A DNA stretch of 64,000 nucleotides from Monocercomonoides exilis PA203 (lineage: Eukaryota > Protista > Preaxostyla): NCBI GenBank assembly GCA_001643675.2, contig LSRY02000014.1:1550001-1614000 (forward strand). Direction: 5' to 3'. The position numbers and the translations under genes are program-made. Below the pieces are notes generated by a model. The model saw only the letters and a program-made list of their open reading frames with translations. It did no database searches and was not told where the DNA came from. Within the stretch, counting starts at the first letter, position 1, and each line of letters begins with the position of its first letter. Of the stretch, positions 1 to 13,083 are shown piece after piece.

Positions 1-907
1 ATATCATGATAAGAATTATCACTATTACGCTTGTCCAAAATGCAAGATCAAGAAAAGCATTTTTTCAGGAACATCTTTTAGCAGAATAAAGATTGGACTA
101 GGCGTTAATCTTCTGATTTGTTTATATTACTGGCTGGGGATTCAAATCAAAACAATTTCTTTGCTTCTTTCTGTTAATAACGACACAGTCGGATACTGGG
201 GAAGTGTGATTCTGTGAGCTTGTTCACAAATGTGGAACGAAAGTAAGCAAGTTATTGGATGTGATTGAACAACAGTTAAAATTGATGAAGCAATTTGGAG
301 AAAACGGAAGCACAGGAGAGGAAGAAAGAAAAAGCAATTGTGGATTTTCGGAGGGGTGGAAAGATTAGAGGGTGGTGGAGCGGGGAAACGGTTTATGGTT
401 ATTGATGTTAACAGAAAAAAGCAAACTTTGATTTAAATTACTCAGAAATGCATAAAAGCTGGAACAATAATTATTTTCTATCAATTACGCGATTATTCTT
501 CACTGGAAACACTTGGATATAAGCATCAAATTGTGTACCAAAAAAGACGTTTCCGAAACCCAGAAACTAGCGTGTTTACAAATACAAATGAAGGGTTATG
601 GCAACATTTGCTATGCACTATCACTCGATTTGGTACAAGGATTAGACAAATGCATGACTATCTTTTACTGTTTTTGGTGAAATCAACATTTGATTTGACA
701 TTCATTCAATTAATCAAATTTCTGTGCTTTGAAAATATAATTGAACCTGTTCAAATGGAAGAAGAAGAAGAAGAAGAAGAAGAAATCATTGATGAAGATG
801 AAAAGATTCCAGAAATGGATGATGTTGTCAATGAAGATAATGATGATAAATCTGATGAAGATTTCGGAGCAGGAGATGGAGCTAGTGCCTCTGAATTAGA
901 GCCTTAA
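1..907 (+). pseudogene. Merlin/IS1595 (ISXO2-like) DDE transposase pseudogene, 5'-truncated by window edge
   Basis: Frame 2 reads YACPKCK..KSIFSGTSF...IGCD*TTVKIDEAIWRKRKHRRGR..QLWIFGGVER...NRKKQTLI*..IKAGTII..YSSLETLGYKHQIV..RFRNPETSVFTNTNEGLW. This follows the ISXO2 pattern VEIDE..RKYNRGR..WVFGGVER..GT.I.SD..Y..L...GY.H..VNH..F.DP.TG.HTN.IEG.W. In-frame stops at 215, 266 and 434. Confidence 0.9.
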
Positions 908-1136
908 ATATTATTCTTATTAGAATAATATCATTTTAATATGTTTTTTAATTTTTTAGAAGCTATTTTTTCAACAAATCAGTCACTTTTTTAATGAAAA
1001 TTCGAATATTTTTATTTTTGATCTAAATCATTTTTTTTCAAAAATATCTTCATAAACACGTTTCCGCATTTTTCCATACTCATTTAACTTATGTACAACA
1101 TGTATTATTATGTTCTGTTAAGTTTCAAAGAAATCT

Positions 1137-1172
1137 GGGCATACCGATATATTCGGATTATGCCCGTAACTC
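1137..1172. repeat. Short GC-rich imperfect palindrome, probable right terminus/TIR of the Merlin element
   Basis: GGGCATA-CCGA-TATAT-TCGG-AT-TATGCCC (1137-1165) followed by GTAACTC, ~230 bp downstream of the transposase stop. The left TIR is outside the window, so the pairing cannot be confirmed. Confidence 0.45.
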
Positions 1173-1358
1173 TTTTCACTATAAACATAAATGAAATCAT
1201 TATTTTATTCCCCAGTTGAAGAGTGTTCAAAAAAACAAAAGGAATATCTTTAAAATTATAATTATTAAGGTTTGATAGATCATTTTTATTTGAATTGAAT
1301 TTTGTATTTCTCTTGAATCAAACTCTTTTAAAAAAGAAAAAAATTAAGAATTCAATGT

Positions 1359-1644
1359 TCACTGGCTAATATTCGTAAAGATAGTAATTGGTTTGGTGAA
1401 TGAAAGCATAACAAATGGAGTGTCAGAGGTTGCGGAAGTGGAAAAAGTTGAAAGTGAACTTGTGAGCGAAGGTGAATATGAGGAAGGAGGTGAAGGAAAC
1501 ATTTGAGGAGGAAGAGGAGGAGTGGAAGAAGAAGAAGAAGAAGAAGAAGAAGAAGAAGAAGAAGAAGAAGAAGAAGAAGAAGAAGGTTTAGGAGAAGAAA
1601 TAGAAATCTCGTTAAATTGCTGCTGCGGAGTGAGCAATCCATAC

Positions 1645-1675
<31 letters not shown>

Positions 1676-4600
1676 CTTCTTCTTCTTCTTCTTCTTTTCC
1701 ATCTCCATCAATGAATTGTTCATTTAAGAAATCTTCTTCCTCTGGAAAACATTTTTCTCTTTCTTCCAAAATTCCTTCATGTTCTTTGCTATTATCTTTG
1801 CTCTCATTTCCATTCATCTTCTCTTTCTCTCTATCCTTCAAATCCTCAACATCCGCTTCACGTTCATTTCTTCTCTTTCTCTTTTCCTTTTTCCTTTTTG
1901 TCTCTTTTACTAATTCCATTTCTTGTTCTTTTTCATTTTTTCCATTTTTTTCTTCTTTATTCCTTTTCTCCTTTTTTCCCTCTTTCTCCTCTTTCTCCTC
2001 TTTCTCCTCCTTTCCCTTTTTTCCCTCTCTCTCCTCCTTCTCTCTTTTCTCCTCCTCCTTCTCTCTTTTCTCCTCTCTCCTTCTCATCCTCTCCAGCTCG
2101 TCTTTCCTCTCCTCCTCTTCCTTCTCCAGCTGCGCCATCACCTTGTTGTGCACCTTCTCGATCGTCTGCACAGCCAAGTCGTGAAATCGCTTCTCTATTA
2201 CCATCGCTTCGGACTCGATTTCTGCTTCTCTCATCTTCCTTCGCTCCATTTTCTCTCGCCTCAGCTGCTCCATATGCTGCTTTTTCTGTTCGTTCTTTAG
2301 CTTCCTTTCTTTTTCTTTTTCTTCTTCTTTTTCTTCTTCCTCTTTTTCTTTTTCTTCTTCCTCTTTTTCTTCTTCTTTTCTTCTTCTTTCTCTTTCTCTT
2401 TCATTTCCCCCTTCCTTTTTATCTTCAATGTTTCCTTCTTCTTTCATTTCTTCTTCTTCTTTTCCTTCTTCTTCACTTATTTTTGCTATTTCTTCTTCAT
2501 TTTCTTCTTCATATTCTGAATCAATAAAAGAATCGCTGCTTTCACTGCAGAACAATTCTTGGTCGCCTTCATCTTCCTCTTCTGTTTCGCTTTCTTCGCT
2601 TTCTTCGCTTTTCTCTTCTTCTTCTTCTCTTTCTCCTCTTTCTCCTCTTTCTCCTCTTTCTTCTTCTCTTTCATTTTCTCTTTTTTCATTTTCTTTTTCA
2701 TTTTTAATCACAAATTTGTTTTTCTCATTTTCTGGTAAAGGTTCATTATTTCTAACCTGTTTTGGTGTAGAAAGAGGAGAAGAAGAAGAGAAAGAAGAAG
2801 AAGAGGAAGAAGAAGCAGAGGAAGAGGAAGAGGAAGAGAAAGAAGAAGAGGAAGAGGAAGAAGAATTAGAAGAAGAAGAAGGCAAATAAACAGGAGGCAA
2901 AGTTTGTAAAGTCGAAATGTGTTCTTGGATTTCAGAAATCAACGAAAAAACAGAGTCAAAAGGAGAATTTTGAATGGAAGAGCGAGAAATAGTGGATTTT
3001 GGGGTGTTGAATGAGGAATCAGGAGGAGGAGGAGAAGCAGAAGAAGAAGAAGAAAGAGAAGAAGAAGAAAGAGAAGAAGAAGAAAGAGAAGAAGAAGAAA
3101 GAGAAGAAGAAGTTGAAATGGAAGAAGAACATGGATAGCTCTCTTTTTCATCAGAAATATCATCAAAATCTGATTTTTGCTTCAATTCTTGCTGTTTTTG
3201 GGGAGAAGAATTAGTTTCTTTGAAATTCGAATGAGTTTTTGTGAACGATTGGCTGGAATGAGGAGAGGGACCAGGAAATGTCTGGGAGAAAGGAGAAAAT
3301 GAAGAAGAAGAAGAAGAAATGGGAGAAGGAGAAGAAGAGGATGATGATGAAGCAGAAGCAGAAGCAGAGGAGGAAGGAGAAGAAGAAGGTGAAGAAGAAG
3401 AAGAATCAAATTTCTTTAAATGAAAATCTGTTTCTATTTGTGTTTGACAAAAAGGAGGAGCATAATTAAATTTTTCGAATTTGTTTGCCGGCAAAAATGG
3501 GATTATTTCATTTGTTGATGTTTCAACAACAGAATCCAGCGGATCAATGCAGCCAAGCGTGGCATAGAGATCTTCTTCTTCTTCTTCTTCTTCTTCTTCT
3601 TCATTTTTGTCTTCTTCTTTTTCTAAGTATTTTTCTTTGTCTTTTTCATTTTCTTTTTCATCTTTATTTTCGTCTTCCTCTTCTTTTTTATGTTTGTCAG
3701 CTTTTTCATCTCGTTTTTCTTCATTTGTTACCTTTTCATTTGTTTTGGCTTTATTTCCTTCTCTTTCTTCTTCTCTGTTATCAAATTGATTTTTTTCTTT
3801 CGTCTCATTTTGATTTCGTTTCTCAATTTCAACAGAATTTGCACTTTTTCTTTGAAAATGTCGATTTTCTTTCAAATTCTCGTCTTTCATAGAAATGTTT
3901 TTCGTCTGTTTTACAATTGGTTTGTTAGCAGAAGCATTTTGTTCATTGAAATTCTGTTTTTTCTCAAAAAATAAGATTTTTTCTGCAATTTTTGATGAAT
4001 TAGATTTTTCTTGTTTGTTTCTATTTGCCAATAAATCTTCATCATTTTTGTTATTTGTTGAATTCATCCTATCATTTGTGCTCAAATTCAAAGAAGTTTC
4101 TTCTTTGCCTCGATTTTTCTGCTTTTCTGTTGAAATATCTGCTTCAATTTCTTCTTCATTTTTGTAATTTTCTGCTCTTTTCGATAACATTTCATATGTT
4201 TTGCTATCATTTTGTTGTACATTTCTTTTCTTCGTTTTTTCAAAGTAATTTTTGTCTTCATTCACATTCGAATTTTGTTCTTCTGTTGAATTTCCGCTCT
4301 TTTCTGCCGGCAAACTTGAAGGAACCTCATATTTGCTGTTAATTTCATTGAGATTTTTCAAATTTTCTTCATTTGTTTGATCTGTTTCTATTTGTTTCAA
4401 CTCATTTCCTTCTTCTCCTTCTTTTTCTTTCAATGGAATTGCAATCAAAACTGTTTGCCCTGCTTTCCCATCCAAAAACGGATTCTTCTCATTCGCCTTT
4501 TCTTTTCCCGCTTCCAAATTCTTCTTCTGATTTTCTCGAATTTCTCTAACAGGACTTGGAATTGGTGTTACTCTCGGTGTTTTTCTCTCTTTTTCTTGTT

Positions 4601-6474
4601 TTTCTTTCTCTTTCTCCTTCTCCTTCTCTTTCTCCTTTTCCTGTTTTTGCTGTTGATTTGTCTGATCCAATCTCATTTCGATTGCACGGCGCCACGAAAG
4701 CGGTGGGCATTTGAGCAGCTGCTGCCACATCTGCGGATTGTTCGGAGGCAGAAAGGGAAGATTAGAGAAAGAGGATGATGAAATAGAAGAAGAAGAAGAA
4801 GAAGAAGAAGAGGAAGAGGAAGAAGAGGAAGAAGAGGAAGAAAATCCAGAAGAAGAAGAAGTTATTCCATCACCAGAAAGAGATTGAGGTTGAGGCAAAG
4901 GAAGAGGAAGAGGGATATCAATCCATCCAAGCTGCCTTCTTTGGTCAAGTTTCTTCTTCACTTCGCCAAACGCAGCTATCCAATAATGCTTCATCTGCAC
5001 AGAATCCGCCTTAAACAGGAAAGTTCTCTGAGGAAAGAAGACGAGAAAGAGCAAGCGATGAGGAGAAGAAGGCGAAGACAAGAAAAGCTCAGAGGAAGAA
5101 GGCGAATTGCAAGCAGAAGGTGGCTGGGAAGAAGGGAAAGGAGAAGACGCGCCGTCTGGCTGGAGCAGATACGAATCAGCAGTGACATTTGCGAAAGGTT
5201 GAGGGACAGCCAATGAATTTCTCTTCTTTTGAGAGGCAATCACTTCATCGACAACAGCTGCGTAGTCAAGCACATTCAGAAGAGGTTCTTCGACGAGGTT
5301 GATCTGCTGGTGGACGGAGTAATAGGAAGAAGAAGAGGAAGAAGCGGAGAAAAAGGGGGAGGTGTCGTTGTTGAGTGAAAGTGGTATGTTTGATGTGGAT
5401 GATGTGGATGAAGTGGAAGAGGAGGAGGAGGAAGAGAAGGAGGAGAAGGTAGAGATGAGAGAGGAACAGACAAGAAGAAGATCATTGAACAGGAAAATGG
5501 TGCGCTGCTGGATGGAAGAACGGCTAACTTTGTCGATTATTCCATCTGCAATTGGGACTCTATCATGAGCAATTAGAGGAATCTGTTTTATTTTTGAAAA
5601 ATGGATTTTTTTCATGAAATTAATAAAAAAAATAAATGAAAATGAAAAATCGAAAACATTTTTTATAATAAAAGTATTACTATATAAAATAAAAAATACC
5701 TTCAATCCAAAAAGTCTCATTTGCAACTGGCTCATTTTATCAAGTGATTTGACTTCGCTCATGTGGTTATTCAATGTGTCACAAGTCTGCTTCATCTTTG
5801 CAGCTGCTTCATTGGTCTTTGCAAAATCCATATGGAATCGATGCGTTGCCTTTGCTAGCGTTTGACTAAGCAGCATATAGCGTGGAACTCTTTGAAGAGG
5901 AGTTATAAGAAGAGAAGGAAGATCTGTCAATTCATTTTCAGGAAGTTTATCAAGTTTTTGAGAAATTTGATTCGACAATGCAGAATATTTCTTTACAAGC
6001 TTTTTGAACTCTTCTGTTGCTTTATCGAACTCATCAAAATAATCGCATGAGGTAACACATATTTGAGCATGAAGAAATATTTTCGCTCCAATCAACGAAC
6101 AATCCGTCCATGACGATATCACAGGTTCAATATCATTAATAAATCTTTCGCTGTATGTTTTTATAATTTGAACATTTTGCATCAACTTATCCACAGCAAT
6201 TGGAATCCCTTTTTTCAATGTGTGATCAAAATATGACGTTGTAGGTTCAAAATAACACTAAAGAATACAAATGACAATGTTTCAATAAATAAAATATACA
6301 CACTGATTGTAGAATTTGAAGTCCACGACAATACGTTTTTTCAGTTTTAAGTAATTCTTCAACAACTTGCTTTCGATGCTTGTTCATTGATGGAATTTTA
6401 TTTACTATTCTTCTATCGCTCCATGCTCGAAAAGAATTTTGGATGAGAGTGCATTTATTTTCAAGGTTCTCCAT
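1359..6474 (-). CDS. Dbl-family RhoGEF (IQ-like motif + DH + PH, FGD-like) with long low-complexity C-terminus; 3 exons (6474-6304, 6257-5700, 5582-1359)
   Basis: DH motifs RKQVVEELLKTEKTYCRGLQIL and LPSLLITPLQRVPRYMLL..L.KAT...H.D; PH motifs QRTIFLFNDLLLVC and RTFLFKADS..KHYWIAAF. GT-AG introns 6303-6258 (46 nt) and 5699-5583 (117 nt) restore a continuous frame. Confidence 0.9.
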
Positions 6475-6538
6475 TTTGATGATTTATCATAAATTCAAAC
6501 ATAAAAACGATTAAGATCAGTACCTACATTTATTTTAT
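6475..6538. promoter_or_regulatory. 64-bp intergenic region between divergent start codons (putative bidirectional promoter)
   Basis: The RhoGEF ATG at 6474 (-) and the ORF ATG at 6539 (+) are head-to-head. Confidence 0.55.
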
Positions 6539-9500
6539 ATGGATGTAAATCAAAATGCTTTTCTTCTGGAGGCTCTATCAGATGGTTTTACTCAACCATT
6601 CAAAGATGGGTCATTAAAAATTAGTCAAGCAAGCCCGCTGTTTCCCGTGTCAACATTAACATGTTCTCGTTTTCCAGAAATTTATAATTCTTATTCAAAT
6701 ACACCACTTTTTCAAGAATTTGCATGCTCAAGCAAATCTCCATACGAATATTCATCTTTTCCAAATGGAGATTCTTTTTACCAAACGATTAAGTTGCGAA
6801 GTAATTTTGATCTTTCTTTTTCCTGTGTTCCTTTCATCGATAATTCAATAATTTCAAAAGAGGCTCAGAAAACTGAACTTGAAAATCATCCAGATTTGAA
6901 ATATCCATTTCTTGGTTGCTGTATTTCATCCATTGTCTGTGATGAATTTACAATACTTCTATCTCGATCTGGAGTCAACAATGATATTCTTAGATGCCAA
7001 TTTATTTCAAATTATCTCAATTCAAGTCACAATGATCCAAACGTACTGCAAACTCCAGTGATCTTGAAAGAATTACTTTTTAAATGCAGCTCTGAAATAT
7101 TGGAAATTCAATCACCACGCTCAGCACTTCAGTATTATTCATTTGCAGAATCTTTGATGTTCTCTGTGAAATTTCATTCATCTTTTGATCTGATGCACTT
7201 CACCCAATCATCTAATCCTCGTAACTGTATCACAACATATCTCGATGAATCAGCTCCTTCATACATTACAGATCTCGTTCCTGAGTTAGTTCTTCACACC
7301 CCTTCAACACCACGCCCAATGCAGATGGTTTGGTCGTCTCTGTTTCCTGAGCTGTCTGTTGTGCGGCAGGACGGAGGAATCTTCGTCGCCAGCCACCCAT
7401 CGCCCACCAGCCCTCCTACGCTTTGTGCAGAAGACCAGATACTGGCAGACATAGCGAGCTATGGATACGACTATATTCCTTCCACTTTCTTCGAGCCTTC
7501 TTCTTACACTTCTTCTTCTTTGGGTACTTCTTCATTTCATTCTTCTGCCTTCATGTCCTCCTCTGCTTCCTCCTCCCCAACCCCCTCCAAGCGTATCTTC
7601 TACCCGTGGCCCATCCGCTCCATCTGTTTGTCTCATTCCCTCCGCTCCTTCTTAACTGCCTGCTCCACCCGCATCTGCCGTGCTGATGTTCGAGTGGGAG
7701 GCGAATGCTCAATTGTGGCTGAGGTCAAAAGGGACGAAGAGTCACAGATTGCTGTTGACAGCATTGCAGCCACAAGAACGAGGCAGAAAATGCGGCAGCA
7801 GAAGCTGAGGATCATGCGGAAGGTAAGGCAGAAGGAGTGGGCGAGGAGAAGGAAGAGAGAAGGGAAGAAGGAAGAGAAACAGGAGAAGTTTGGAACTGCA
7901 AAGAGAAGGTTGATATTGGATGATGAAAGCGATGATGGAGAAGAAGAAGATGATGATGATGAAAGTGATGAAGAGAAAAGGCGTAAAAGACACAGAAGAA
8001 AAGATAATGAAAGTGATAGAGAAGAATTAACAGGCAAAAGCAGAGAAAAGCGAAGACGAGAAGAAGAAGAAAAAGAAGAAGAAGAAAAATTCAATGACGA
8101 AGATAACAACGACAATAATTACAATGATGATAACGAATCCAACGAAGAAGCAAACCTCCTTCCTCTTCCACGCCCCTTGTATGGCTATGCAGCAAGAAGA
8201 TCGACACGACAATTGGACCAGTTTTGTGGGGATCCTTTTCTGATGATGGGAAGAGACGCCTCGTTTGCGGCTTCAGTTTACAGACAGCCACGGAGCTGGC
8301 CAGGGAACAGGAAGGAGGAGGAAAGGAAGAGAGGAGAAAGAGGAGAAGGAGAAGAGAGAGAAAGAGGAAGAGGAAATGAAAAAGAGAGAAGAAGAGGAAA
8401 AATTGATTCTTATGAAGTCAATGAAGACCAAAATAGAAGAGCAATTGATTCATTGGAGGCATTTAACAAGCGAGGCGATAGAAGCAGAGCAAATGTGTTT
8501 CGAACACATCGTGTTCCTTCGTCATTCATCACGGCAATGGAGCATCATCCTGACCCTTCTTCGTATCTTTTTGCAGTTGCGACTCCAACTCAACTTCACG
8601 TTTATGATGAAAGATTTCTGAAATGTCCTGTTTCTTCCACTCCGAATTCATCATCATCATCATCTTCTTCTTCTTCGTCTTCTTCTGCTTCTTCTCATGC
8701 AACTTCTGCTTCTAATCGCATTTCATTTCAATCAAATGACGCTTCTTCCTCTTCTTCTTCATCCTCCTCTTCTTCTCTTCCACCTCGTCCTCTGCTTCAG
8801 TGGGAGCACAGAATCACTCGAACGAGATGGGGAGGAGGAGGCGGATATAATCAAAACAAAGACACAAATGAAGATGAGAAGAACGAAAGAGAAAGAGAAA
8901 GAGAAGAAGATGAAAGAAGAGGAGGAGGAAAAAGAGGAGGAATAGAAAAAGGAAAAGAAGGTAATAATGATTATGATAATGATGTTGATTCTTTCAATGC
9001 GAAAGAAGCAAAGCAGATGAATTCTGAGAATGGAAGACTTTTTCAACCAGAAACAAATTCATTGCAAACTTCATATTTGCCTCGTGCCGGAATAACAGTT
9101 ATGCCATTTTCAGGTGGCGGGCTGCGGATTATTCGGTGGATTTTGCCTGCAAAATACGAGACAGGAAAGGGAATAATGAAGCAAATGCCTGAAGGATTGA
9201 TTGGGGGAAGCATTGAAGGCACAGATATGGTTTTATTCCCAATTCATCGAAACGAAACTTTGCCGGTAGAAGAAATGGAAAAAGAAAAAAATGGGTTGAA
9301 TGAAAATGCAAATGAAAATGAAAATGAAAAGAGGATGATGATTAAACCAGGAAGTGAAATGGACAGCAAAGATTGGGGCAAAGTTAATCCTCAGAGGAAA
9401 ACGCAAGCCAACAAAAAGATAGAAAGAAAGAAAAATATTCCAAATTTTAATTCGAATAAGGAAAAATTGTGGGCCAAGCGGTTTTTTGCGTCTGGAGATG

Positions 9501-10671
9501 AATATGAGACAGCTTTATATGGCTTGTCTTCGTTTACTCACAAAATGATGTGCAATAATCCAGTTTTGTATGCTCTTTATGGGACTGTTAATATTTCTTG
9601 TTCTTCTTCTTCTTCATCTTCATCTTCTTCCTCTTCTTCATCTCTTCTTCTCAAAACCCATCAATTAAACAATCAATTTCTTCTTTCTCTATTCAGTCAG
9701 CATTCTTTGCTTCCTCTTCTTTTCCCTCCTTCTCCTCTTCCTGTTCATCGGCTTGCTATTTCACAGACGGATATGCTAAGACAACTGATTATAAGAGAAA
9801 CTTCGGTAAAAAAGGGGAAAATGAAAAAAGTTAATAGAAATGAAGAATTTGATAGAAATGAGAAAGAAAAAGAAAAAGGAAATGAAAATGAAGAAAGAAA
9901 TAGAAAAGAAAAGAGAAAAGAGAAAAGTTATGAAAATTTAAATTCAAATTCAACTTCGAATCAAAAATCAACCTTTTCTCAATTTTCTTCAGAATTTTCA
10001 CAAATTTCACAAATTTCCAATGAAAATCGTTCATTCTCACTGAAAAAAAGGAGAACTTTGCGTTTTGACTCAAAAAAATTTCAGGAATTTTTTGAGTCGA
10101 TTGTTGGAAAAGAAGAAATGATAAGGCAAAAAGCAGAAAGTGAAGGCAAACCGCTTGCTCCAAGAGCCATTTTGAGGGTGAATTCGCTTTTTCCTTCGGC
10201 TTCTGTTCAAAACAATGATTTTTCTTCAAGTTCATCATCATCATCATCTTCTTCTTCTTCATCTTTATCTTCATTAACTTCTTCTTCCTCTATTTCTTCT
10301 TTAAATTCTTCTTCTTCTTCTTCCTCTTCTTCTTCTTCTCTTCTCCCAACCCCCATCACTCAATCTTCACTCGAACTCTCTCACTCTCTTTTCACCCAAC
10401 TTTCTTCGCATTCTCTTCAATTTTCTCTTCCTCTCCCGCCAAACAGCAATTTGATAGGACAATACATTCCTTCGGATTCTCAGCTAATTTCTGGTTTTGC
10501 TCTTGTTCCGCTTAGAAAAAAAGAGGAAAAAGTGAAAAATGGAAAAAATAAAAATTTGAAGGAAAAAAGAAGAATAGAAAAGAAATGCTCTTCTTCGAAT
10601 TCTTTCTCTTCTCAAAATTCTTCTTCTTCTCATAACACAATTGTTTCTTCTCAGCTTTCACAAACACAAAA

Positions 10672-10721
<50 letters not shown>

Positions 10722-13051
10722 TAGAAAAGCAACAAAATGAAAGAAGAATTTCAAAAATTCCAAATTTGCCGGCAAAGATATGGGCGAAAAAACTTATAAA
10801 GGGAAGAATAAAAGAAATAAATTCACAGAATTTACCAAGTAAAGAGAAAGAGAAAGAGAAAGAGAAAAAAAGAAAAAATAAAAAAAAATCAAAAGAAAAT
10901 AATATTGGAACAGAAATATCAACATCCAAAAAAATAAATGTTTCAAAAATTTGGGAAGGAATTTCATTGAATAAATTTCTCAAATCCACAAAAAAAATTG
11001 TGGGTGAATTGAAGAAAATTGAAGAGAAAGAAGATACTGATGATTCAAGCGATGAAGACAATGAAATGATAAATAACTCAAATTCAAACGAAGAAGAGGA
11101 AGAGGAAGAGGAAGAGGAAGAGGAGGAAGAAGAAGAAATCGAAATTTCAAGTGCAGAAATCGAAATTAAGAGAAACGAGGATAAAAAATGTGAGCCGATG
11201 ACGATGGTTGTGCATTCAACAGGATGTAATGAACTGACAGGGCAAATGTTTCGATTCAACATTGACAAAATAGAAGAAGAAGAAAAGGAGAAAACCACAA
11301 AATCCAAAGAGAAAGAGAAGAAGATGCAAATTAGTGCGCTTGCGGGAATGGAAGAAGAAGAAGAAGAAGAAAATAATAATAATAATAATGAAAATGAAGA
11401 AAGCAGTGAAAACAGTGAAAAAAGCGAAGAAAATACAGAAAATTCTGAAAATTCAGAAGAAAATTCAAAAGAAAATGAAGAAAAATCAGAAGAAAATGAA
11501 GAAAATGAAGAAAATGAAGACGAAGACGATTTAGCGATGAGTCAGAAGAGAAACATGCGAGCATCACAATTAAACCCTCTTTTGCAGCCAGATCATCTTT
11601 CTCAACACGAAAGAAATTCAATGCAAACACGAAAAATGAATGAAAAGAGGGGAAATCAATGGGACATGATACCAACATGGATGATTGAGAGGTGGGACGG
11701 GTTTGTCAAGGAGAAAGAGGCAGAGGAAGAAAATGTGCCATTTTTGGAGTATTTTGAGTGGATTAATGGAGAAAATGAGAAGATTAGGGGATGGAAAGAA
11801 GGAGAAGGAGGAGAAAGAGGAGAAAGAGAAGAAGAAGAAAAAGAGAAAGAAGAAAAAGAAGATAAAAGAGAAGAAGAAGAAGAAGAAGTGGAAACTCAAC
11901 TTGAAGAAACTGTTATGCCTTCTTCTTCCTCTTCTTCTTCTCTTTCCTCTTCTCTTTCTCTTTCTTCCTCTTCCTCCTCTTCTTCTTCTGATATTCCAGA
12001 AGTTTTTAATTCTTCCTCTTCAACAGAAATTTCTCCTTTTATTCACAAAAACCAGTTTTCTTTGCCCAAATCGTATTTAACTTTGTATTCACTTCCTGTT
12101 TTTCCTCCTTTTGTTCCGCCGAACGGAACAGATTCCCTTTTGACTTCGATTTCGCTTTCGCGTTTTGTTCCAATTGAAATTCAAAAGTGGAAGCAGAAGC
12201 AACTTAAATTTGATCGATTTTCTTCCTCTTCTCCTTCTTCTCCATTGAATTCTTCTCATTCTTCTTCTTCTTCTTCTTCTTCCTTCTCCTCCTCTTCTTC
12301 CTCTTCATTAAATTCTTCCTCTTCTTCATTAACTTCTTCTTCTTCTTCATTTCTTCCTCCTCAATTCATCCACACCCAGTGGTATCCGCACACAGTTATT
12401 TCTTCGAGTCTTGTTTTGAACAAACTGCAAAACGAAGCAAAAGCAATTTTGAATGTTTATTTGCTTTCTTTGCCTTTCACCTTTTTGAGGCAACTTTATC
12501 GTTCTGTTTGCAAAATTCGAAGAATTTCAAAGAAAAAAAAATTGAATTTGGAAAATAATTCGACAAATAGAGAACAAATAGAGAAGGGAGAAGAAGAAGA
12601 GGAAGAGAAAGAGGAGGAGGAGGAAGAAGAAGAATTAAGTTTTGCTGAAATGGCACAGAAAATTTCAGAAGTTTTGTGTTATGTTCCGTTGAATGGAAGG
12701 TGGAAAAGAGGAAGGATAAATGGAAGTGAAGGAAAAAAGAAAAGAAAAGAAAGAGAAGAAAATTCATCTGAAAATGGAGTTGAAGAAGATAAAGAAGAAG
12801 AGGAAGAGGAAGAAGAAGAAGAAAATGTTAATAATGATTATGATTGTGATTACTCAAATGAACAATATCAAAACTTCTTCTTCTCTCCCATCCCGTTTTA
12901 CCCTCAAAATTCGCTTCAAATAAACCTCAGCTCTGATTTTGTGATTCCTTCTAAGGGATTCTCTTCTCCATTAACACTTGCTGACTTGCTGTATTTCATT
13001 TCGAATTCAAAGAATAACTTTACAAACAAGCAATCAATTTCTTTTGATATT

Positions 13052-13083
<32 letters not shown>

